Shown piece after piece: positions 18,718 to 28,652 of a stretch of 64,000 bases of DNA. This DNA comes from Methylococcales bacterium (GTDB lineage Bacteria > Pseudomonadota > Gammaproteobacteria > Methylococcales > Methylomonadaceae): NCBI GenBank assembly GCA_028707085.1, contig JAQTUW010000001.1, forward strand, positions 57,030-121,029, given 5' to 3'. A program made the position numbers and the translations under genes. Within the stretch, counting starts at the first letter, position 1. Every line of letters starts with the position of its first letter. Under the pieces are notes generated by a model. It made no database searches and was not told the DNA's origin. It saw only the letters and a list, made by a program, of their open reading frames with translations.

Positions 18718-19338
18718 ATGGCCGAATATTTTGAAATTCATCCCGTTAATCCCCAGCCGCGCCTGATTCAGCAGGCGGTCGAGATACTCCGGTGCGGCGG
18801 GGTGATTGTCTACCCTACGGAAACATCCTATGCGCTGGGCGCGCATATCGGCGACAAGCAGGCCATGGATACCATACGCCGTATTCGCAGATTGGACGAT
18901 ACGCATAACTTTACTCTGCTATGCACCGATCTGTCGCAGGTTTCGGCTTTCACCCGGATGGGTAACGACGCGCATAGACTGATCAAAAAACTGACGCCCG
19001 GCCCGTTTACTTTTGTACTGGATGCGACACGGGAAGTGCCGCGGCGTCTGCAGCACGCCAAAAAGAAGACCATAGGCGTACGGGTGCCGGAGCATCGCAT
19101 CGCCTTGGCGTTGCTTGAACAGCTTGGCGAACCCTTGCTGACCAGCACGCTGATCCTGCCTGGCGAGAAATACGCCATGCAGGATCCTTACGAGATCAGA
19201 AAAAAACTTGATCATGAACTGGAATTGATTATCGATGGCGGCATCGTCGAATATCAGCCTACAACTGTAATCGCCTGTTCCGATAATGTTATCGAAATTG
19301 TCAGGCAGGGTATCGGCATTGCGCCGATGTTGGAGTGA
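18718..19338 (+). CDS. YrdC/Sua5-fold threonylcarbamoyl-AMP synthase family protein (YciO-like, 206 aa)
   Basis: The protein contains VIVYPTETSYALGA...A...I..IR........FTLLC.DLSQ. Its size and motifs match the YciO subgroup. Confidence 0.8.
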   Translation: MAEYFEIHPVNPQPRLIQQAVEILRCGGVIVYPTETSYALGAHIGDKQAMDTIRRIRRLDDTHNFTLLCTDLSQVSAFTRMGNDAHRLIKKLTPGPFTFVLDATREVPRRLQHAKKKTIGVRVPEHRIALALLEQLGEPLLTSTLILPGEKYAMQDPYEIRKKLDHELELIIDGGIVEYQPTTVIACSDNVIEIVRQGIGIAPMLE

Positions 19339-19341
19339 GAG

Positions 19342-19998
19342 ATGATGGATGATTTGTCGCTGATGCAACGCATCGCGGTATGGATTTTGCCGGTGGTGTT
19401 CGCCATTACCGTGCATGAAGTGGCGCATGGCTGGGTAGCCCGATATTATGGCGACAACACGGCGCATAGGTTGGGGCGGTTGACGCTGAATCCGCTCAAG
19501 CATATCGATCCGCTAGGCACGCTGATCATTCCGGGTTTGATGTTGATGACTTTTACCGGTTTTGTATTCGGCTGGGCCAAGCCGGTACCGGTTGATCCGC
19601 GTAATTTTAAAAATCCCAGGCGGGCGATGATGATGGTGGCGTTGGCCGGGCCATTGTCCAATGTGGCGATGGCGGTGGGCTGGGCGCTGCTGGCGCGGGT
19701 CGGGGTGATGTTTCATCAAGTTGCCTATGTTTCCATGCCTTTGATTTATATGGGCGTGGCGGGCATCAGCATCAATCTGATCCTGGCGCTGGTGAATCTG
19801 CTGCCAATACCGCCGCTGGACGGCAGCCGGGTGTTGTCCGGGATGCTGCCGGATTATTGGGCTTGGCAGTTTAGCCGGCTGGAACGCTATGGCTTTATTA
19901 TCCTGATGCTGCTACTGGTGACCAATGTGCTGGGCGTGATTTTGGCCAGCCCACTGTATGCCGCCACCAGGCTGTTATTCAGCCTGGCGGGCATGTAA
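19342..19998 (+). CDS. Site-2 protease family (peptidase M50) membrane protein
   Basis: It has the HEVAHG zinc motif in a TM helix, the LLPIPPLDGSRV motif, and a polytopic hydrophobic profile. Confidence 0.8.
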   Translation: MMDDLSLMQRIAVWILPVVFAITVHEVAHGWVARYYGDNTAHRLGRLTLNPLKHIDPLGTLIIPGLMLMTFTGFVFGWAKPVPVDPRNFKNPRRAMMMVALAGPLSNVAMAVGWALLARVGVMFHQVAYVSMPLIYMGVAGISINLILALVNLLPIPPLDGSRVLSGMLPDYWAWQFSRLERYGFIILMLLLVTNVLGVILASPLYAATRLLFSLAGM

Positions 19999-20055
19999 TT
20001 GGCGGTGCCGCTTGAGTGCTCATGATTGCCGAGCCCGGCCTGAATCCGGGCGTCC

Positions 20056-20871
20056 ATGATCGGCGGGCTGGTTGGACAGCAGATGGAAGAGCCGGTAGCG
20101 CCTTTGGCGCTGGTGCTGGGTCAGCCCTACCAGGATGCGCCGACTGATCTGTATATCCCCCCCGACGCGCTGGAAGTGTTTCTGGATGCGTTCGAAGGGC
20201 CGCTGGATTTGCTGCTGTATCTGATTCGCAGGCAGAATCTGGATATTTTCAATATCCCGATTGCTCAGATTACCCATCAATATATTGCTTATATTGAAAT
20301 GATGGATAGCCTGCGTCTGGAACTGGCGGCGGAATATCTGGTGATGGCGGCCTTGCTGGCGGAAATCAAATCCGGAATGCTGTTGCCAAGACCGCAGGAC
20401 AGCGAGGAAGAGGAAGAAGACCCTAGGGCGTTTTTGATACGCAAGCTACAGGAATACGAAGCGATTAAAAAAGTTGCCGGGCAGATCGACTTGCTGCCCA
20501 GACAGGAACGGGATACCTTTAACGTCATGGTCGACGTGTCCGCCCTTAGCGTAGCCAGGCCCTTGCCGGAAGTGCAGATTAAAGACATACTGCTGGCTTT
20601 TCAGGATGTTCTGAAACGTGTCGAGCAGCTTACCCATCATCAGATAACCAAAGAACCTTTATCAGTCCGTGAACGAATGGCAGCCATTTTGGAAAAACTT
20701 GACGGGTCAGATAGCCTCGCTTTCGCAGCGTTATTTACCCGAAGCGAAGGAAAAAACGGCGTGGTTGTCTCGTTTCTTGCCGTCCTTGAACTCAGCAAGG
20801 AAGGAATCATCGACATTCTCCAGCTTGAACCCTACGCAGAACTTAGCGTCAGAGTTCGAACCGCAAGCTGA
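20056..20871 (+). CDS. scpA: Segregation and condensation protein A
   Basis: FEGPLDLLLYLIRRQNLDIFNIPIAQIT is the ScpA signature. It is followed directly by scpB. Confidence 0.85.
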   Translation: MIGGLVGQQMEEPVAPLALVLGQPYQDAPTDLYIPPDALEVFLDAFEGPLDLLLYLIRRQNLDIFNIPIAQITHQYIAYIEMMDSLRLELAAEYLVMAALLAEIKSGMLLPRPQDSEEEEEDPRAFLIRKLQEYEAIKKVAGQIDLLPRQERDTFNVMVDVSALSVARPLPEVQIKDILLAFQDVLKRVEQLTHHQITKEPLSVRERMAAILEKLDGSDSLAFAALFTRSEGKNGVVVSFLAVLELSKEGIIDILQLEPYAELSVRVRTAS

Positions 20872-21124
20872 CGCTACGCTTGTTGATGTTACCGATTCAG
20901 TTGCCATTTCAGACGATGTTGTTGCCGAAGTTAAATCCAAACCAAAACCCAAATCTCGGCCCAAATCCGCAAAACTGGAGCCGACGCCGCCGGAAAAGAC
21001 CGTATTGCCGCGCAGAAGGCCGCCGAGACTGCCTGCCGGTCTGGCATGCGGCGTCGGACATGCCGGGGGTGTCGGGATGGAGTCGCCAGCGCTCGATGTG
21101 GCCGGCGTGGGCGCGGAGTGTGGT

Positions 21125-21751
21125 ATGCAGACCAAGCACATAGTGGAGGCCATCCTGTTTGCGGCCGATCGGCCGATGAGCGTCCGCCAGATTCAGCAGG
21201 TGTTTCCCGAACTGGAACAACCCGCATTGCATGAAATTCAGGCGGCCATCGATGCGATCAGCACCGATTACCTGCATCGGCCGGTAGGGCTTAAACTGTT
21301 GGCCAGCGGCTACCGGTTTCAGGTCAGGGAAGGGCTGGCTTACTGGGTAAGCCGGCTGTTTGCGGAAAAACCCGGGCGTTATTCGCGGGCCTTGCTGGAA
21401 ACGATCGCCATTATCGCCTACCGCCAGCCGGTCACTCGCGGCGAAATCGAAGATATTCGCGGCGTTGCAGTCAGTTCAGGTATCATTCAGACCTTGCTGG
21501 AAAGAGAGTGGGTGCGGGTCATAGGCCATAAGGATGTACCCGGGCGTCCTGCCTTGTATAGCACCACCAGACAATTTCTGGATTATTTTAATTTAAGTTC
21601 CTTGTCCGAATTGCCCGCCATGGAAGAGCTGGTCAATATTGATTTTAGCCATACGCATCAACCGCCACTACAGCAGGAAAAAAGTGAAAGACCGCAAACC
21701 GATCAATCCGAAGCCGACACGCTCAAAGCCGCAGAATCCAAAACCGAATAA
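21125..21751 (+). CDS. scpB: Segregation and condensation protein B
   Basis: IVEAILFAADRPMSVRQI...ETIAIIAYRQPVTRGEIEDIRGV....I..LLER.WV...G.....GRPALY.TT..FL..F.L are ScpB winged-helix motifs. The start is uncertain: ATG at 21125 or at 21077. The 20669 start in the ORF track overlaps scpA and is rejected. Confidence 0.8.
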   Translation: MQTKHIVEAILFAADRPMSVRQIQQVFPELEQPALHEIQAAIDAISTDYLHRPVGLKLLASGYRFQVREGLAYWVSRLFAEKPGRYSRALLETIAIIAYRQPVTRGEIEDIRGVAVSSGIIQTLLEREWVRVIGHKDVPGRPALYSTTRQFLDYFNLSSLSELPAMEELVNIDFSHTHQPPLQQEKSERPQTDQSEADTLKAAESKTE

Positions 21752-22538
21752 AAGCCGGGCCGCGCCTAAAATTGCGCCCGCCATTCAACGCGAGGCAGCC
21801 GATGGCGGGGAGCGGATTCAGAAGCTGCTGGCCCGGGCCGGGCTGGGTTCCAGGCGCGAAATCGAACGCTGGATAGAAGAAGGGCGGGTCACTGTGAACG
21901 GCAATCAGATACAGCCTGGCTATCATTTGCAGGCGGGCGATTATTTGCAGATCAATGGCCGGGTGGTAAAATGGGACAAATATGCCGGGCAGCCGACCCG
22001 GGTGCTGGTTTATCATAAGCCGGCGGGCGAAGTGGTGACCCGGCGCGATCCGGAAGGGCGGCCGGTGATTTTTACCCAGTTGCCGCGGCTGGCGGTCGGA
22101 CGCTGGATCGCCGTGGGCAGGCTGGACATCAATACCTCCGGTCTGATCCTGGTGACCAACAACGGCGAGCTCGCCAATCGGCTGATGCATCCTTCGCGGC
22201 AGGTGGAGCGGGAGTATGCAGTGCGGATACTGGGCGAGGTGGATGAGGCCATGCTGGAGCGTTTGCGTAGCGGCGTGGAGCTGGAAGATGGGCCGGCGCA
22301 CTTCGATGCGATTCGCTTCCATGCCGGTGAAGGGGCAAACAAGTGGTTTTACGTGACGGTCAAACAGGGGCGTAACCGGCTGGTCAGGCGTTTATGGGAG
22401 TCGCAGGGCGTCAAGGTCAGCCGGTTGATGCGGGTGCGTTACGGGGATGTGGTGATGCCGGAACGGATCCGGGCGCATTCCTTCTATGAGCTGGAAGCCG
22501 TGGAATTGCAGGCATTGATGCAGTTTGTGGATTTGTAA
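21684..22538 (+). CDS. rluB: 23S rRNA pseudouridine synthase RluB-type (S4 domain + RsuA/RluB catalytic domain)
   Basis: It has the S4 domain ERIQKLLARAGLGSRREIERWIEEGRVTVNG and the catalytic GRLDINTSGLILVTNNGELANRLMHP. There is no ATG, GTG or TTG between the scpB stop and the S4 domain. The start is therefore placed at GTG 21684 (AGGA 7-10 nt upstream), with TTG 21639 as the alternative. Confidence 0.8.
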   Translation: MKDRKPINPKPTRSKPQNPKPNKSRAAPKIAPAIQREAADGGERIQKLLARAGLGSRREIERWIEEGRVTVNGNQIQPGYHLQAGDYLQINGRVVKWDKYAGQPTRVLVYHKPAGEVVTRRDPEGRPVIFTQLPRLAVGRWIAVGRLDINTSGLILVTNNGELANRLMHPSRQVEREYAVRILGEVDEAMLERLRSGVELEDGPAHFDAIRFHAGEGANKWFYVTVKQGRNRLVRRLWESQGVKVSRLMRVRYGDVVMPERIRAHSFYELEAVELQALMQFVDL

Positions 22539-22615
22539 GTCCGGTCTCTCTTCCAGAATCCGATTCATGCGCGGCGGTTCGGGGAGAAGGGAACTGGTAG
22601 TCAGGGGATCGCGGA

Positions 22616-22870
22616 TTATTTTTTGGCCAGTCTCAGTCGGCGTTGCCGCTCTTCCATCCATTCCTTTTTGCGGATGTCGGTGCGTTCCAGCAAAATATCC
22701 AGAATCTTCAAGGCGTGCTCAGGCTGGGCCTGATCTTCAAAAACCGCTCTGGTCGCCGCCCAGGCCAGCACCATGGTTTCCGTCAGTTCGGCGGCGACTT
22801 CATCCATGAAGGGCGGAATGATATTCCCTTCAATCTCTATCTTCCGGTCGAATGGATCATCAATTTTCAT
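22616..22870 (-). CDS. Hypothetical small protein (84 aa)
   Basis: The call rests on an ORF only. It is convergent with rluB and has an acidic N-terminal half and a basic C-terminus. No family was recognised. Confidence 0.35.
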   Translation of the reverse strand: MKIDDPFDRKIEIEGNIIPPFMDEVAAELTETMVLAWAATRAVFEDQAQPEHALKILDILLERTDIRKKEWMEERQRRLRLAKK

Positions 22871-23688
22871 GGGGGCTTTCGCTGAATGCCGTGAACAGGC
22901 GGGCCGCTAATACTGGGCCTGTAAGGGGAAGAGGTAAACTCCGGTTCTCCTGAAGCATAAATTTTAAGGTCTGGTTTTCCATGTGATCAATCACGAAAGC
23001 GGTAATGAGCGGATAGCATGGCATGAGCATTCTATGCAGGCAATGGTGTAATGCCTGACGGTATGGGCTTGGCTGCTATAAAAGGTTTCACTATATTAGA
23101 GCATCAGTCTGATTGTCATAAAAAAATTATGGCCTGTGCAAAAAGTCGGCGGTAAACATCGATGTATAAGCTTCGACTGGATAGTTGCAATGGCTGTCCT
23201 TACTGTTTTGCGCCAAATTTGCGAGATTCAGACATTGAATAGGCTAGCTGTTCGAGGGAGGATGGGCGCTGGCTGGAAAGATAATGAGAGATATGCATTT
23301 TGGCCGATTATGCTATGGGTATCAAGTAATGTGCCGTGCGATTTCCATTAATGTAATCAGGCTATTTCTTAACAGCCGGGCGCATTCTTTTTTAGAAATG
23401 CGCATCAACAGAACAACTGTTTGTATTCTATATTTATGCCTAATTCCGGCCTGTCGTTTTAATTGGACAGGCAGTCGAGCGCAGAACGCTTTATGAAGTA
23501 ACATAATTACTTTCAATTATATCCTGATTATCCTTGCTTTAGCAATGGATAAGCTGCATTCAATAGCGATCACCTGCGTCATAGTACCTTCGGGCATTAA
23601 ATCGGTCAACTGCGGGTTGCGAGATAATTGCCTTGCAGTGACGGATTTTTTAGAACAGTATTATCACTTTCAAAATGAGTGTTCAGCC

Positions 23689-24993
23689 ATGTTGTCAACC
23701 CGTTATTCCATCTATAGGCAAATTCTGACACGCCTGCTTTGGGGCTGGTTTTTTCTGTGTATCGTTTTGGGAGCCGGGATTCTATGGCTGGAAATGCAGC
23801 GGGTGGGGAAATTGGTTCATCAACTGGCGCTAACTGAATCATCGGTTCTGAGCGGAGAGGATGCGCAAAGCTTTCTGGCCGGCAATGCGCAGTCCACGGC
23901 GCATTTATCCCGTCTGGCGGAGCAACTGGTGGACAAGCATTTTTTGATGGTGGAGCTGTTCGACCGGAACAAGGACATGAAGCTGGAGGTCATGCGCCAG
24001 GGGCATGCCGATGCGCAGCATCTGATCGAGGCTTACCGGCGTCAGTTTCCCAGACCCGATGGTTTTTCGCACGATCTGCATTTTATGGACGGGCAGTTGT
24101 GGATGGTGATCGTCATGCCTTTGCAGGGTGTCGGGCAGATTCAGCCTATCGGCTATTTCGAGGGCGTGTATCAGGTCGATCAGGCGACTTTTAACGATAT
24201 CAGGCGCAATGTCCTGCGCACCCTGATACTGGTGGGGATGGGCATTTCCTTTACCATTTTGCTCATGTATCCAGTCGTGCTGGCGCTGATCAAAGGCGGT
24301 ATGACGCTATCGGCCCGGTTGTTGCAGGGCAATCTGGAGCTGCTGAATGTACTGGGTTGCGCCATTGCAGAGCGCGATTCCGAAACCAATAGCCATAATT
24401 ACCGGGTATGCTATTACGCATTGAAGATGGGCGAGACTTTGGGGCTAAGTGGCCAGGCTCAGCGCAATTTGCTGGCAGGGGCTTTTTTGCATGATGTCGG
24501 CAAAATCGGTATTCGCGATCCCATACTGTTAAAACCGGGCAAACTGACCGATGAAGAATTCGAAATAATGAAAACCCATGTCTCGCTGGGGGTGGCGATC
24601 ATTAAAAAATCGAGTTGGCTGAGCGGTGCGCGCGAGGTGGTGGAGTTTCATCACGAAAAATACGACGGCAGCGGTTACCTGCAAGGTTTAAAAGGCGACG
24701 CCATACCGCTCAATGCCCGGATATTCGCCATTGTGGATGTGTTTGACGCCTTGACATCCGCCCGCGCCTATAAGGGTTCCTGGTCAGTTTCCGACGCGAT
24801 TTCTGTGCTGGAAAATGGCGCGGGCAGCCATTTCGATCCGAAGCTGGTGCGGGTTTTTGCTGGTCTGGCGGCGCAGCTTTATGAATTCATAGGCGAACTG
24901 GAGCCGAATCAGCTTGAAGCCGTGATGCGCCCCATCATAGGCCCTTATTTTTTAACCCTGCCGGAGCCGGAGGGCGCGGCAGGGCAGCCTTGA
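23689..24993 (+). CDS. Membrane-anchored HD-GYP domain protein (c-di-GMP phosphodiesterase family)
   Basis: Two TM segments flank a putative periplasmic sensor region. They are followed by FLHDVGKIGIRDPILLKPGKLTDEEFEIMKTHV and HHEKYDGSGYLQGLKG, which are the HD and GYP signatures. The start was moved to ATG 23689. Confidence 0.85.
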   Translation: MLSTRYSIYRQILTRLLWGWFFLCIVLGAGILWLEMQRVGKLVHQLALTESSVLSGEDAQSFLAGNAQSTAHLSRLAEQLVDKHFLMVELFDRNKDMKLEVMRQGHADAQHLIEAYRRQFPRPDGFSHDLHFMDGQLWMVIVMPLQGVGQIQPIGYFEGVYQVDQATFNDIRRNVLRTLILVGMGISFTILLMYPVVLALIKGGMTLSARLLQGNLELLNVLGCAIAERDSETNSHNYRVCYYALKMGETLGLSGQAQRNLLAGAFLHDVGKIGIRDPILLKPGKLTDEEFEIMKTHVSLGVAIIKKSSWLSGAREVVEFHHEKYDGSGYLQGLKGDAIPLNARIFAIVDVFDALTSARAYKGSWSVSDAISVLENGAGSHFDPKLVRVFAGLAAQLYEFIGELEPNQLEAVMRPIIGPYFLTLPEPEGAAGQP

Positions 24994-25534
24994 GCCGGCG
25001 GTGGGCGTCGATAAAATTTAATAAGGGCTGAATGGCGGCCGGACTGATCCGACACGAATAACCGGAATTAATTTTTTGTCGCGGGAATGGTTCGGCGGCT
25101 AGGGTATTGCTGTCGGGTACGCGCCAACTGCTCAAGAAAGTAGGTGTCGTAATGCCAGCCAATACGCGGCGGGGGCGGTGTGCGGGGGGTTGGTATTGAA
25201 TTTATCAAATTGTCATGTAGGGTCAGTGGTTGAAAATTACCCTGACGGTCAATGCAGTCTTGCCATAGGCTGTTTTAAAATTGACCCGGAGGGCGGATGG
25301 AAAAAAGTTTGCTAATGCTAAATTGGATTAATCGGTGAAGACCTGCGGTTCGGTCTGGCTGCTATAAATTGTGACGGGCGGTATCCGTGAAAAAATCAGC
25401 GCCGACCGTCTGGCAGTCTGTATCTTGCTTTGGCGCGAATTATAGTCCTAAATGTGATTTTGTAAAGCATTACCTGAAACTTGACCGGCCGCTCCATCGG
25501 GCTTGCGCCTGCTTTAACGGCCTTGACGGTGGTT

Positions 25535-26266
25535 TTAGCTTTCGGGAGAAGCCGCAAACCACATCTGATAAATGCTGAGCAATATTTGCAAGCCCATTGA
25601 AAATCCCATTAAGGCTCCGCTATAAATAACCACGTAAGCAAATGAAGGCGTAGACTTGGTTATAAACCATGATACGACATCCAGCAGCATCGCGGCGAAA
25701 GGAATGATCACAGCTATTCTTTTGACATAAATATTCATGTCACAAAGCAAAAAGATTTTTCCGATAAAAAATAAAATGAACGCAATGCCAAATAGATGAA
25801 TATGCGACAAGCGCACTAAAGTGGGGATTGTGGCGCCGCCGGCATGGGCGACCTCGGATACTGTCGCGTAATGGGTAAGATCGGGTAATGAGGGGTTAAC
25901 GCTAGGGGTGTGGCACAAAACACAGTCACGATTCAGTATCGGGGCCACTTTTTCGATATATTCGGGTTCATTCGCGCCGTGTTGTATCCATTGCAGAATA
26001 ACATCCTGGTCGCTTTTAAATTTCAGGTTGGGTTCCATAATGCCTTTAATCGCCGTACCCAGGCGAGTCTGCCTGGGGGAGCCGTGATAGTGGATGACAA
26101 CATCTTCAACCGAAAGTCCGGCTTTGCCATCCAGTCCCTGAAAAGTGTAATACAAATTGGTCAGAGCCGCGATATAACCCAGCCCTATGGTAAGCAGGAA
26201 TACGGTGTTTAAAATTCTTTCGCTGACGGAAATGTCTTTAAAGCGGGTATGGCGAACTTTGAGCAT
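25535..26266 (-). CDS. Polytopic membrane protein with one CxxCH haem-c motif in an extracytoplasmic loop
   Basis: TM1 is ILNTVFLLTIGLGYIAALTNLYY. A loop of about 110 aa contains RDCVLCHTPS, and three further TM helices follow. It lies 111 nt downstream of the cytochrome-porin gene on the same strand. Confidence 0.6.
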   Translation of the reverse strand: MLKVRHTRFKDISVSERILNTVFLLTIGLGYIAALTNLYYTFQGLDGKAGLSVEDVVIHYHGSPRQTRLGTAIKGIMEPNLKFKSDQDVILQWIQHGANEPEYIEKVAPILNRDCVLCHTPSVNPSLPDLTHYATVSEVAHAGGATIPTLVRLSHIHLFGIAFILFFIGKIFLLCDMNIYVKRIAVIIPFAAMLLDVVSWFITKSTPSFAYVVIYSGALMGFSMGLQILLSIYQMWFAASPES

Positions 26267-26318
26267 AATGAGGTCTGAGCGATGATTATGGAAGCGTTAA
26301 GTTTCTGTAAGCGGCGAC

Positions 26319-26349
26319 GGGCAAGGCATTCTGCCTTGCCCGCATTTTT
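26319..26349. other. Intercistronic GC-rich stem-loop between the two haem-protein genes
   Basis: GGGCAAGGC (26319-26327) pairs with GCCTTGCCC (26333-26341) around a 5-nt loop. The T-run lies on the plus-strand side, so it is not a classical terminator for the minus-strand operon. Confidence 0.4.
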
Positions 26350-26376
26350 GCGATAACCGGTTCCGGTTGGTTCTGA

Positions 26377-27732
26377 CTAGAACGCCAGTGCGCTATTGAC
26401 CATGAAGGTGTTGTTATCCTGAGCGCCGGCGCTGGCCCCATTGAATTGAGTGTAGGCAATATATTGTAGGTAAGTGCGTAAATTCATCAGGTATGCATAT
26501 TCATGCGATTTACCGAACGGTACATAATCCAGTTCCACAGTGTAGGATTCGCTGTTTGGCCGGGCTATGGCGTTACCCGAATAAAGCGCGGCGTCCGTTG
26601 AGCCGGTCGTTTTGTAATAGGCGAGGTTAATCCCATAGGTTTGTTCGAAGGTATACGTGGCGTTGAATCTAAATGTGGTCAGATAAGTGTTGCCGCTGGA
26701 ATTAACGCCACCGGTAAGCCGGCTTGCCGATAAATTCTGATCTTCATAGATATAAGTCGTTTTGGCTTCGAAGATATGCCGGGTATTACCCATGTATTGA
26801 TAGGTGGCGTCGACCCCGACATCGGTGTATTTGTCCATGCCGCTACTGGTGACGCGTCCAGGCAGCGATATATCGGCGATCATGCCGTACTGGCCAACTG
26901 ATAAGTAATGCCCTTGCCAGTCTTGTTGCAACGCCACGCGCCAGTATGGTGCGGGGCTGCCCACGGTCAACTGGCTGGAGCCGGTGATGCCGAATGCGTT
27001 CTGGGCATTGCCGGAAAACGAACCGTAAGCGCCGGCTTCCAGATATAGAAGATTGTTAATCATGGTATAAGCCGTCGCGCCGCCCACCAGATGAGAAAGC
27101 CCGCCGTCAATCAATGTGGCGGCGCCGGGGAGAGGTTCGATCGAGTTGCCGGTATAAGGATATCCCCAGGCCGGCGTGGAATTCCATAAGTCCTGTACCG
27201 TAGGATTGTTGTTTAACGAGATGCCGTAGGTTACTGGCATGTCGAACATTTCCAATTGGTCGGCAAAGCGGACATCGCTACCGCCCAGACTGAGCTGATC
27301 CGCATAGCCGTCATAATCGATGTGGCTGTATGCGCCAACCTTGCCGTAAATTCGGCCTGCATAAAACAGCGATGCTTCGTCGAAAGTGAAGTTGTTGTTT
27401 TTATTGTAACCCGGCAGCAGGGTGCCGGGGGCCTGATCTGCCTGGGTATTGGTGAATGAGCCCGTTACCGTCGCGCTTAATGCAGGCATTTTGGCTGCAA
27501 TGCCGCTGCCGCCGCCCGCAGTGTAACCGTTAAGTTTAAAGTCGCGACCAAGAGGCGTCAGGTTAGGCCCGTAAGCCTGGGTGTGGCAGACGCTGCAGGC
27601 TTGACCTGTTTGCCTGGAAAAACTAGGTAGCGCCTGTGCTGTTGGGGTTGTCAGCACCATGACTGATGCGACTGTCAGGAGCAATGCCAGGACATAATTC
27701 AAATTGTTGCTGCGCTTAACTGCATATTGCAT
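26377..27732 (-). CDS. Outer-membrane beta-barrel protein with a single N-terminal CxxCH (fused monohaem cytochrome-porin architecture)
   Basis: The signal peptide ends ...TPTAQA. It is followed by LPSFSRQTGQACSVCHTQAYGPNLTPLGRDFKLNGYT, which contains the only two Cys in the protein. About 380 aa of alternating Tyr/Gly/Thr-rich beta-strand-like sequence then ends in a terminal aromatic (...NSALAF). Confidence 0.6.
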   Translation of the reverse strand: MQYAVKRSNNLNYVLALLLTVASVMVLTTPTAQALPSFSRQTGQACSVCHTQAYGPNLTPLGRDFKLNGYTAGGGSGIAAKMPALSATVTGSFTNTQADQAPGTLLPGYNKNNNFTFDEASLFYAGRIYGKVGAYSHIDYDGYADQLSLGGSDVRFADQLEMFDMPVTYGISLNNNPTVQDLWNSTPAWGYPYTGNSIEPLPGAATLIDGGLSHLVGGATAYTMINNLLYLEAGAYGSFSGNAQNAFGITGSSQLTVGSPAPYWRVALQQDWQGHYLSVGQYGMIADISLPGRVTSSGMDKYTDVGVDATYQYMGNTRHIFEAKTTYIYEDQNLSASRLTGGVNSSGNTYLTTFRFNATYTFEQTYGINLAYYKTTGSTDAALYSGNAIARPNSESYTVELDYVPFGKSHEYAYLMNLRTYLQYIAYTQFNGASAGAQDNNTFMVNSALAF

Positions 27733-28028
27733 AAAACATTCCGGTTTTGTTGAGAATTGCCGCCACGCATTGGCGGATAAAGGTTATTTTGATGTATATT
27801 AATAATCTAATTGTGAAATTAGATTCATTTTTCCCGTAAGCAAATAGTATAAAAAATATGTTTACGGCAACATATATTTGCAAATTTATATGACAATAAT
27901 GTTAATGTTTGATTAATATTTTATTTGGTAACCTTTCGGCTGGCTTGCAATGGACTTTGGTATTAAACGCTAGTTGAAACGGATTGTCATAATAGGGATG
28001 TGTTTATAATATTTATCCTTTTTAATCA

Positions 28029-28346
28029 TTAACGCCAATACGCATTCCCCCAGATGTCGTATTTTGTTTCGGCGCAAGTTTTGTTTGCATTTGCCGACAC
28101 AAGGCGATATGAACCACCAAGTTTCATTGTTCCTGCCACCTTGCTGTGTTTGTCACAAAGGGGAATAACATACCGACCGCAATCGATTATGCTGACCTTT
28201 TGCACAAGCGCACCTACAGTCGCGACTTCAAAGCATGATTTCTCCGCACAACAAGTCGCTTTTTCACAGCTATATTTTTCCCAATGAGCGAGCCAGCTTT
28301 TGCATTTGCATCCGGCAAACCGACCATTAATATTTTTTACCTTCAC
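28029..28346 (-). CDS. Small Cys-rich protein (9 Cys in 105 aa), putative Zn-binding, family unknown
   Basis: The spacing GCKCKSWLAHWEKYSCEKATCCAEKSC...DCGRYVIPLCDKH suggests zinc knuckles of treble-clef or HNH-like type. The gene sits in a visibly AT-rich islet. Confidence 0.5.
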   Translation of the reverse strand: MKVKNINGRFAGCKCKSWLAHWEKYSCEKATCCAEKSCFEVATVGALVQKVSIIDCGRYVIPLCDKHSKVAGTMKLGGSYRLVSANANKTCAETKYDIWGNAYWR

Positions 28347-28652
28347 ATCTCTCCTTTCAGCTATTTATTAGGCCGGTCTAATGACTAAATTTCCTATTAT
28401 GACTTATGGTGAGAAAATGGAATACGGTACTTGCGCGGTGTCGTGGTTAAACGGGCCACGTTACCAGGTAATCCCAGCTCGATATTATTTCATTAGGATA
28501 TCTCGTGGCGGCCGTAACGGTTGGGCCATGCTCTGCCGACTGACTTCGTTCAGATGAGGTACCGCACTAATCAGGATTCTTAAAGCATGAATCGCGCCAA
28601 TATATAGATAGCTGATAATCAAATATTTTTATTTGAATTGAAAATATAAAAA

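Noticed and set aside
20669-21076. The upstream start of scpB given in the ORF track (360 aa).
   Set aside because: It would overlap scpA by about 200 nt in another frame. The ScpB homology only begins near 21125.
22880-23688. Several 64-78-aa ORFs and short hairpins in the AT-rich region upstream of the HD-GYP gene, considered as possible small genes or an sRNA.
   Set aside because: No RBS, no motifs and no convincing terminator were found. The hairpins (for example GCGCATT...AATGCGC near 23380-23405) are short. The region cannot be supported as anything beyond a long regulatory intergenic region.
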